A DNA stretch of 64,000 nt, from NCBI GenBank assembly GCA_963674695.2, contig CAXXGI010000001.1, positions 512,001 to 576,000 on the forward strand, read 5' to 3'. The DNA is from a bacterium (GTDB taxonomy: Bacteria; UBA10199; 2-02-FULL-44-16; JAAZCA01). The notes under the pieces were generated by a model. The model worked only from the letters and a program-made list of their open reading frames with translations, was not told the DNA's origin and made no database searches. Shown in pieces: positions 56,844 through 64,000 of the stretch (positions are counted from its first letter, which is position 1; each line of letters opens with the position of its first letter). Both the position numbers and the translations under genes were made by a program.

Positions 56844-57212
56844 TTACGTCACCACCTTGGCCATCTGATCGAAGACGAAGGACATGAAGCGATTCTTGTC
56901 GACGTCGGGCATATTCTTGATCATGACGCCGGTTTCATAACTCGTATTCGTGATCTTGCTCTGCCAGACCACCTCGCCCTCCGCCGTGATCGGATCACCC
57001 TCGTCATCGCCCAGCACGATATCGAGCGCCAGCATGGTTCCGTTGGCGAGCGCGGTGGGCGTCATCAGACGAAGACCGCCGATGCTCACATCGCTGGAAA
57101 TCCCCTCGCGCGGATCGGGCGCCATCTCCGACTGCCCGATGATGCGATAGCTGACGGTGAGCGCCAAATCGAGGCGCGCAAACTTTCTTCTCTCCGAACC
57201 CGATGGTGACAT
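56844..57212 (-). CDS. Stand-alone PilZ domain protein
   Basis: ERRKFAR and DVSIGG motifs; GGAGG RBS. Confidence 0.9.
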   Translation of the reverse strand: MSPSGSERRKFARLDLALTVSYRIIGQSEMAPDPREGISSDVSIGGLRLMTPTALANGTMLALDIVLGDDEGDPITAEGEVVWQSKITNTSYETGVMIKNMPDVDKNRFMSFVFDQMAKVVT

Positions 57213-57438
57213 GATGCTCCTCCATTTCACGCTTCACGCTTGAACACCTCTAAAAACTCATACGAGCCGCCGCGAGGGGAAATCATGTGCGTCTGGAACA
57301 AGCTTCATCTGTGAAGATGCACATGATTTCCCCGGGAGGCGGCATTCGAACCCACGTTTTTTAGAGGTGCCCGCTCCACCCCTATAGTCCCTCGGTGGAT
57401 TGTTGACAATCATCTTCTCGACCACTATCCCCGCGCCC

Positions 57439-58188
57439 ATGCCTATCGACACACTCACCATTGTGCTCGTCGAGCCCCAGGGCGATGCCAACATCGGTGC
57501 CGTCGCGCGCGCGATGAAGAACTTCGACATCGAGGATCTGCGACTCGTCGGCGGCGTGCCGCACATGACGCCCAACGCCTTCAACTGGGCCGTGGGCGCA
57601 CGCGACCGACTCGAGCGGGCGCAGCGCTTCGACGATCTCGCCTCCGCACTCGGCGATGTCGACTATGCCCTGGGACTCACCCGTCGCATCGGACGCAACC
57701 GCCGCCGTCACGAGACGATGCACACCGCCGCAATGGAAGCGGCCACACGGTGCCGATCCGGTCGCGCCGCCATCGTCTTCGGCCGCGAGGACGCGGGGCT
57801 CACCAACGACGAGATCGCGCACTGCGACGCGATCGTCTCCATCCGCACGAGCGAACACTTCCCCTCGCTCAACTTGGCACAAGCCGTCCTCATCGCCTGC
57901 CGCGACATCTTCGAGGCCGCCGCAGATGAATCCCCCTCGACGACAGAGACCCTCGAGGAACCCTTCCTGCCGCGCTCCGAGTGGCAACCGATCATGGACC
58001 GCCTCGAGGGCATGCTCGGGATGCTCACCTACGAGGACATCCCCGATCATCCGCTCAAGACGAACATCCTCGAGCGGTGGCGCAAGCTTTTCGGCCGCGC
58101 CGGCCTGACCGAACGCGACCTGAACATGCTCGAAGGCCTCATCAATCGAATTGAAACCTCCATCACACCCGATGAAAGCAAGCGCTGA
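57439..58188 (+). CDS. TrmJ/LasT-family SPOUT RNA methyltransferase
   Basis: IVLVEP..NIGAVARAMKNF, VFGREDAGLTNDE, SLNLAQAV. Confidence 0.92.
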   Translation: MPIDTLTIVLVEPQGDANIGAVARAMKNFDIEDLRLVGGVPHMTPNAFNWAVGARDRLERAQRFDDLASALGDVDYALGLTRRIGRNRRRHETMHTAAMEAATRCRSGRAAIVFGREDAGLTNDEIAHCDAIVSIRTSEHFPSLNLAQAVLIACRDIFEAAADESPSTTETLEEPFLPRSEWQPIMDRLEGMLGMLTYEDIPDHPLKTNILERWRKLFGRAGLTERDLNMLEGLINRIETSITPDESKR

Positions 58189-58209
58189 AATACGTGCACG
58201 CTATGAGAG

Positions 58210-58351
58210 GCCAACATCCAGGAGAGTAGTGCTCTTCGGGGATCTCTTCTTTCATCGCAATCGAAGCCTCTGATAATGCGATGAAAGAAGAAAAAGCCGT
58301 CGAAGGCTGAGACGGCGGTCCCCGAAGAGCACTACTCTCCTGGATGTTGGC
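58210..58351. other. 142-bp element with 33-bp perfect terminal inverted repeats enclosing two hairpins (MITE or structured RNA)
   Basis: 58210-58242 pairs with 58319-58351; 58245-58259 pairs with 58277-58291; GCCGTC/GACGGC stem at 58296-58316. Confidence 0.75.
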
Positions 58352-58418
58352 ATCCGATGAGAGCAGCACAAACGGATCAATCTCTTGCCTCGCACCCTCC
58401 GCTCCGATATGAAGGGGT

Positions 58419-60602
58419 ATGGCCCCGCCCACCATGACCTCGAAGGTCAAACGCCTGGCCGCCCTACCCGAACAGCTGCGCGGGAAGCTTCGCCAGCATC
58501 GGCGCATCCGCGCGATCTGGGCCGTGATCATCGCTCTGGTCAGCACGGGGATCTTCGCCCTCTTCATCGATTCCCCTTTTCTCACCACCTGGGAGCTCAA
58601 GACCTACGACTGGCGCATGATGGCCACGCGCCCGCACGCCCCAGGCGAAGGGGAAAACGTCGCGCTGCTCTACGTCGATGAACCGTCGCTGACCACGATG
58701 AAGGAGATGGGGATCTCCTGGCCCTGGCCGCGCGAACTCTATGCCAATATGCTCGACTTCTGTCGGCGGGGAGGCGCGCGCGCGGTTCTCTTCGACCTCT
58801 TCTTCTCGGAGGATTCGATCTATGGCGTCGAAGATGACGAGGCCTTCGCGGCCGGGGTGACGCAGTTCGACCCGGCCTATTTCGTCCTCTTCGCCAGTCG
58901 GCAGGATGCCGGCGGACCGCCCCCGCCGAAGGCAGTGTTCACCAAATCGCGCGTTCCGTTCGAGGACCGCATCCCCCGCTTCATGCCTCACGCCGCGTCG
59001 CTGGCCTCGCTTCCGCTGCCGTCGCTCGTCGAAGCCGCAACCGGTCTGGGAAATGTGCGCACCGACCCGGACGTCGACGGCATCTACCGGCGCGTTCCGC
59101 TGCTCACGCGTTTGGGGCAAGCGGTCATCCCGCACGTCTCGCTCAAGGTGGTCAGCGATCTCACCAACGTTGAGGCCATCGTTTGGCCCCGACGGACGCG
59201 CCTCTTTGTGGACGGCCGCCCCGTTCCGCTCGACCGACACGGCAACCTGATGATCAACTATATCGGCGGCGTGGATAGCTATCCGAACTATCCCCTCGCG
59301 CAGGTCCTCATCTCCGCCCAGCAGCTCGCCGAGGGAAAGGAGCCCGACCTGAATCCTGCGGTGCTCGCGGGTCGCGTCGTCGTGGTGGGCGTTGCAGCCC
59401 CCGGCCTCTACGATCTCAAACCCACGCCGCTGGCGCGCGTCTATCCGGGACCCGAGATCCACGCCACGCTCATCGATTCGCTCCTGCGCCGTGATTTCAT
59501 CCGCCCGGTCCGGCCCTGGGTGACGGCCCTCGTTGCGTTGGCCATGGCGCTAGCCGCGGCCTTAGGGATGGCGCACCTGGAACGCCTGGGGCTGATCGCG
59601 GCGTGGCTGGGGGGATTTTTCGGTCTCATCATCGGCGTCTCGGTGCTGCTCTTTTGGCTCAACATCTGGATGCCGATCATCGCCCCGGTGGGGGCGGGAA
59701 TGTGCGCGGCTTTCACGATGCTGCTGCGCCGCTATCTCACCGAGGGACGCAAGCGCCGCGCCATCCGCAAGGCGTTCGGCCAGTACCTCTCGCCGGAGGT
59801 CGTCACCGAGATCGCCAAGGATCCGGAGAACGTCCGACTCGGCGGCGAGGAGAATATCGTCACCATCTTCTTCTCCGACATCGCGAACTTCACGACCACC
59901 GCTGAAACGATGTCACCATCGGAACTGGTGGCTCTGCTCAACCGCTATCTCACCGAGGTCAGCTCCATCATCGTCGGCCACGAGGGGACGCTCGACAAAT
60001 ATATCGGCGACGCCGTGATGGCCTTCTGGGGCGCGCCGCTCAAGCTCGAGGATCACGCCGCGCTCGCGGTGTTGACCGCACTTGAAGTCCAGGAGAAGCT
60101 CGTCGCCTTTCCGGAGCTTCCCACCCGCATCGGCATTCACACGGGGCAGGCGGTGGTCGGCAACATCGGCTCGGACATGCGTTTCAACTACACCGCCATC
60201 GGCGACACCGTGAATCTCGCCAGCCGCCTGGAGGGGGTCAACAAACAGTTCGGCACGCGCATCATCATCAGCGAAACGACCTATGCCCGCGTGGGCACCG
60301 CCATCGAGGCGCGCCAGATCGGACGGGTGCGCGTGAAGGGACGGGCCGAGCCGATCGCTATCTATGAACCGCTCTGCCCGAAGGGGATGCTCGACGATGC
60401 CCAACGCGCGCGGCAGGAAACCTTTGCAGACGGCATGGAACAATTCTTCGCCGGAAACTTCGAAGCGGCGCATAAGATCTTCGACGGCCTGCGCGGAGAA
60501 GAGGATCCGGTGGTTGCAACCTATCGGACCATATGCGATAGATTCAAATGCGAGCCGCCGCCAGAACCCTTCGACGGCGTCATCACCTTCACGACGAAAT
60601 AA
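58419..60602 (+). CDS. CHASE2-domain adenylate cyclase
   Basis: WPWPR, DVDGIYRR, PGPEIHA; 3 TM segments; FSDIANFT, DKYIGDA, YTAIGDTVNLASRLEG. Confidence 0.93.
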   Translation: MAPPTMTSKVKRLAALPEQLRGKLRQHRRIRAIWAVIIALVSTGIFALFIDSPFLTTWELKTYDWRMMATRPHAPGEGENVALLYVDEPSLTTMKEMGISWPWPRELYANMLDFCRRGGARAVLFDLFFSEDSIYGVEDDEAFAAGVTQFDPAYFVLFASRQDAGGPPPPKAVFTKSRVPFEDRIPRFMPHAASLASLPLPSLVEAATGLGNVRTDPDVDGIYRRVPLLTRLGQAVIPHVSLKVVSDLTNVEAIVWPRRTRLFVDGRPVPLDRHGNLMINYIGGVDSYPNYPLAQVLISAQQLAEGKEPDLNPAVLAGRVVVVGVAAPGLYDLKPTPLARVYPGPEIHATLIDSLLRRDFIRPVRPWVTALVALAMALAAALGMAHLERLGLIAAWLGGFFGLIIGVSVLLFWLNIWMPIIAPVGAGMCAAFTMLLRRYLTEGRKRRAIRKAFGQYLSPEVVTEIAKDPENVRLGGEENIVTIFFSDIANFTTTAETMSPSELVALLNRYLTEVSSIIVGHEGTLDKYIGDAVMAFWGAPLKLEDHAALAVLTALEVQEKLVAFPELPTRIGIHTGQAVVGNIGSDMRFNYTAIGDTVNLASRLEGVNKQFGTRIIISETTYARVGTAIEARQIGRVRVKGRAEPIAIYEPLCPKGMLDDAQRARQETFADGMEQFFAGNFEAAHKIFDGLRGEEDPVVATYRTICDRFKCEPPPEPFDGVITFTTK

Positions 60603-60610
60603 GTGATCAT

Positions 60611-60743
60611 AAATCCAAAAACCGAAATCAAAATGTCTAAACAAATCCAAAATCCCAATGTCCAAAGCACAAACATCAATATGGGCATTTGAAATTTGGA
60701 AATTAGGGTTTGCTTAGATATTTGGATTTCGGATTTTGGATTT
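60611..60743. repeat. Degenerate heptamer repeats in inverted arrangement
   Basis: AAATCCA/AAATCCC-type units followed by TTTGGAT/TTCGGAT-type units. Confidence 0.6.
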
Positions 60744-60791
60744 CCCCCGGCTCCTCACTTGATTCCAGCTACGCCGGGTTAGGAGGTTCAC

Positions 60792-61286
60792 ATGAAACGC
60801 ACCATCCTCTTCACCTTCCTGATCCTGCTCGTCGCTACATCCGCATCGGCGGTCAAACGACAGAAGGCCTCAACGCAAAAAGGACCACAACAGGTCTCGG
60901 TGCAGGTGCGCGAGGCCGCGGTGAAGGCCTCGCCCAATTACATGGGCGCCACCGTTGGAACGGTGCGCTACAGCGATCGCCTGACGATCCTGGGCGAACA
61001 GGGAAGCTGGTACCAGATCAGCGCTCCGGCAGGATGGATCCCCAAAAATGCCGCGCGCAAAGGAACGGTGAAAGTCGATTCCGACAAGCGCTATGCCGGC
61101 AGCGGCGTGCGCCACGACGAAGCCGCGCTCGCGGGAAAGGGCTTCAACCCGACGGTCGAGCGCCAGTTCAAAGCCGACCACGCCGATCTCGCCGCGGCCT
61201 TCGGCCAGGTCGACCGCGTCGAGCGAATGACCGTTTCGAATGCAACCCTGCGCGCTTTCGCCCAGCAGGGAAAACTCAACCCCTGA
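60792..61286 (+). CDS. Secreted SH3-like domain protein
   Basis: Signal peptide; LTILGEQGSWYQI..GWIP; ALAGKGFNPTVE; AGGAGG RBS. Confidence 0.85.
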   Translation: MKRTILFTFLILLVATSASAVKRQKASTQKGPQQVSVQVREAAVKASPNYMGATVGTVRYSDRLTILGEQGSWYQISAPAGWIPKNAARKGTVKVDSDKRYAGSGVRHDEAALAGKGFNPTVERQFKADHADLAAAFGQVDRVERMTVSNATLRAFAQQGKLNP

Positions 61287-61304
61287 TCTCAAAAGTGAAT
61301 AATC

Positions 61305-61349
61305 GAGATTCCCGCCTTCGCGGGAATGACAAGAATTGGTGGGAATGAC
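61305..61349. repeat. REP-like half-element with duplicated arm
   Basis: GAGATTCCCGCCTTCGCGGGAATGACAAGAATTGGTGGGAATGAC. Confidence 0.7.
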
Positions 61350-61372
61350 AAAAATTGGAAGGAATTCACGTT

Positions 61373-62245
61373 ATGTTACGACATATCATCACCCTCTTGG
61401 TCATCATCATCATCGCCATTCCGTTTGGAAAGGCACACGCCTTCGATCTCGGCCAGGCAATCGGTTCGGCCATCACCGGCGCGCAACAGCTCCACGAGGC
61501 CGCTAAGGAGATCACCCCGTCAGAGGAGCACTACATCGGACGCGCGGTAGCAGCGATGGTGCTGGCCAAGTATCCGCTGCTGGGCAATGCCGCGCTCGAC
61601 GCCTATGTCAGCAAGGTGGGAACGCTCGTCGCTTATCGATCGGAACATCCCGTCACCTACGGGGGCTATCACTTTGCCGTCCTCAACAGCAGTGAGGCCA
61701 ACGCGTTTGCCTGCCCCGGTGGATTCATCTTCATCACCAAGGGACTGCTCAAGACGATTGAAAACGAGGATCAGCTCGCCAACGTCCTCGGACATGAGGT
61801 CACCCACGTCGCCAAGCGCCACGGCATCAAGGCGATCAAGAAAGCGCGCTGGACAAAATTTGCTTTCTTCGCGGCGGGCGAGGTGGGCAAGCAGTATACG
61901 CCGAGCGAACTGACGCAGCTCACCCAGGCCTTTCAGAGTGTGGTCACCGATGTGGCCAAGCAGGTCATCGACAAGGGGTACAGCAAAAAGGATGAGCGCC
62001 AGGCCGACGATCTCGGCATGCGCTATGCCGCGCTGGCCGGCTATGACCCTCAGGCGATGGCAACCTTCATCCAGCACGAAATCGCGCTCGGAATGGGAGA
62101 ACACTCCGGCCCATTTTCCTCCCATCCAACGCCAAAAAACCGCTTAAAACAGGTCGATTCAGCCATTACTGCAGAACATCTGGCGGGAACGGTCGCCTCT
62201 GTGCGTACGGCCCGCTACAAACGCTCGACCGCCTCGGTGCGATAG
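61373..62245 (+). CDS. M48-family metallopeptidase
   Basis: NAFACPGG, LGHEVTH, ERQAD, SSHP; signal peptide. Confidence 0.92.
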   Translation: MLRHIITLLVIIIIAIPFGKAHAFDLGQAIGSAITGAQQLHEAAKEITPSEEHYIGRAVAAMVLAKYPLLGNAALDAYVSKVGTLVAYRSEHPVTYGGYHFAVLNSSEANAFACPGGFIFITKGLLKTIENEDQLANVLGHEVTHVAKRHGIKAIKKARWTKFAFFAAGEVGKQYTPSELTQLTQAFQSVVTDVAKQVIDKGYSKKDERQADDLGMRYAALAGYDPQAMATFIQHEIALGMGEHSGPFSSHPTPKNRLKQVDSAITAEHLAGTVASVRTARYKRSTASVR

Positions 62246-62417
62246 CGCTTTTCCGTTGCCAATGGAGAGGAACTGACATAGCCTTTTATCAGTATTGAGC
62301 TTGTCCGGTGGGTCCAGCACGCGACGTAATGGTACGTTCGACCGCAGGCCACCAAAACGGTGCCTGTTTTTTTTGCGTTGCGGTTTCACCGGGCGAGGGC
62401 AGAAAGGAAGGGTCGGC

Positions 62418-62624
62418 ATGAAGAAAGGAAAGGTAAAGTGGTTCAACGATGCAAAGGGATTCGGATTCATTGAGCCGGATGATGGCGGCGAGGACGTTTT
62501 CGTCCACTTCTCCGTGATCACAGGCGAGGGATTTAAAACCCTCAAGGAGGGAGAAGCCGTCGAATTCGAGGTCACCGAGGGTCCGAAGGGCTTGCAGGCA
62601 GCAAACGTACAGAAAGCATCATAA
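62418..62624 (+). CDS. Cold-shock protein (CspA family)
   Basis: [32 protein letters not shown]. Confidence 0.97.
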   Translation: MKKGKVKWFNDAKGFGFIEPDDGGEDVFVHFSVITGEGFKTLKEGEAVEFEVTEGPKGLQAANVQKAS

Positions 62625-62646
62625 CCATCACTCCTACAGACATCGA

Positions 62647-62681
62647 ACCCCCCGGTCGCAGGTGCGGACGGGGGGTTTTTC
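62647..62681 (+). terminator. Rho-independent terminator
   Basis: ACCCCCCG...CGGGGGGT stem followed by a T-tract. Confidence 0.75.
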
Positions 62682-62767
62682 TGTGCCCACACAACATTCC
62701 AACGGTTTAGGGTTGAACCCGTCACCGCACGCATCTAGAATGGCCCCTTCGAGTCAGGGGGTATGGG

Positions 62768-64000
62768 GTGAGCATTCTCATCGTCGGCGGCGGCGAGATC
62801 GGCCGATTCATCGCCGAAAAATTGATCCAGGAAAAGAAGGCCGTCGTCATCATCGAAAAGAGCGAGCGCGTTCTCGACGAGATCGAGGAGTCGCTCGACG
62901 CCAAGTTCGTTCTGGGGAACGGAGCCTCCCCGCGCGTGCTGCGCGAAGCGGGTCTCGAAAAAGCGGAGATGGTCGTAGCGGTCACCAATAGCGACGAAGC
63001 CAACATCCTCGCGACGATCATCGCCGGCATGGAAGCGCCGCAGGCGGTGCGCATCGCGCGCATTCGCAATCCCGAATTCGACCTGGAGGGAGAGACCTTC
63101 CAGGACGCCATGCGCATCAACCTGCTCATCAACCCCGAGAAGGAAGCGGCGAGCGCCATCCTCAAAGTGCTACAGATGCCGGGCGCCATCGACATCCTCG
63201 ATTTCTTCGATGGCGAGATCAAACTGGTCGGAACCACCGTGTTGCGTTCAAGCCCGCTCATCAACCGACCGCTACAGGAGCTCGACGACCTGCGCGACAG
63301 GGGGCACTTCCTCATCGCGGCCATCTTCCGCGGCAATCAGCTCATCGTCCCTTCGGGGGAGAACCGCATCATGCCCGGCGACACGGTCTACTACGTCGCT
63401 GACAGCGAATATGTCTCAAAGGGCATGCGGCTGCTGGGCCACCGGGGTGAGAAGACGGGTGAAGTCATGATTCACGGCGGCACCTTCATCGGCATGAACC
63501 TCGCGCGCTCGTTAGAAGAACGCGGCCTGCACGTGAAGATCATCGAATCCGATCCAAAACTCTGTTCCGCCCTGAGCCGCCAGCTCGATCACACGCTCAT
63601 CCTCAACGCCGCCGGAACCGACGAGGAGGTTTTGGAGCAGGAGAACATCGCTCACATGGATGCCTTCGTCGCCGTGACCAAGGATGACGAAGACAACATC
63701 ATCAGCGCGCTCTTGGCAAAACGCCTCGGCGCCCCCATGGCCATTGCCCTTTCGCACAAATCGGCTTACCGACAGTTGATCTCTTCGATCGGCATCGATG
63801 TGGTGGTCAACCCGCGACAGCTGGCCAACAACGTCATCCTGCAATACATCCGGCGAGGAAAGGTGTTGCACGTCTCGAATCTTCGCGAACAGGCCGAGAT
63901 CATCGAAGCGGAGGCCCTGGAGACGACGGATCTCGTCGGCAAACCGCTGGCGGATCTCAAGCTGCCCAACGGCACGCTCGTCCTCTCGCTCAAGCGTGGC
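62768..64000 (+). CDS. trkA: Trk potassium uptake NAD-binding subunit (3'-truncated)
   Basis: Not in the ORF track (no stop). GTG start gives MSILIVGGGEIG...GNGASP...AVTNSDEANI...INPE, with a second RCK domain IHGGTFIG...VTKDDEDN. Confidence 0.93.
   Translation, partial: MSILIVGGGEIGRFIAEKLIQEKKAVVIIEKSERVLDEIEESLDAKFVLGNGASPRVLREAGLEKAEMVVAVTNSDEANILATIIAGMEAPQAVRIARIRNPEFDLEGETFQDAMRINLLINPEKEAASAILKVLQMPGAIDILDFFDGEIKLVGTTVLRSSPLINRPLQELDDLRDRGHFLIAAIFRGNQLIVPSGENRIMPGDTVYYVADSEYVSKGMRLLGHRGEKTGEVMIHGGTFIGMNLARSLEERGLHVKIIESDPKLCSALSRQLDHTLILNAAGTDEEVLEQENIAHMDAFVAVTKDDEDNIISALLAKRLGAPMAIALSHKSAYRQLISSIGIDVVVNPRQLANNVILQYIRRGKVLHVSNLREQAEIIEAEALETTDLVGKPLADLKLPNGTLVLSLKRG

Noticed and set aside
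62682-62767. Riboswitch upstream of trkA
   Set aside because: The region is too short and has no recognisable c-di-AMP (ydaO) consensus.

Overview
GC-rich bacterial chromosome segment. The gene content (TIGR02147-like protein, MYXO-CTERM-like tail, PilZ proteins, sigma-54 promoters) suggests a Deltaproteobacteria, Myxococcota or Bdellovibrionota-like organism; this is inference. The left 45 kb is accessory. It holds a more than 2060-aa Sec-type Rhs protein, missing from the ORF track, whose C-terminal cargo is a second Rhs unit. It also holds two adjacent RiPP-like operons with sigma-54-type promoters. One is MFS / B12-radical SAM / unannotated 27-aa peptide MKKEEKKAKETKVKRVKPKIVCNYGYC / GNAT-like / SBP / hybrid histidine kinase, a candidate new modified-peptide signalling system on a low-GC cassette. 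The other is rSAM-SPASM / Cys-rich precursor / S41 peptidase / second precursor-like ORF. Also present are an Rhs protein with an L,D-transpeptidase (Tlde1-like) tip, a convergent nucleotidyltransferase-motif protein and metallophosphoesterase pair, and a TIGR02147-lipoprotein cluster. The right part is signalling and housekeeping: a class III cyclase with a guanylyl-type signature fused to YD-like repeats, a PPDK-like protein, DnaJ-PilZ, PilZ, TrmJ-like, CHASE2 cyclase-SH3-M48, a cold-shock protein and trkA. Many REP-like palindromes and tandem repeats are present. I saw no rRNA, tRNA, CRISPR array, transposase or integrase. All calls come from reading motifs by eye and no database was searched.
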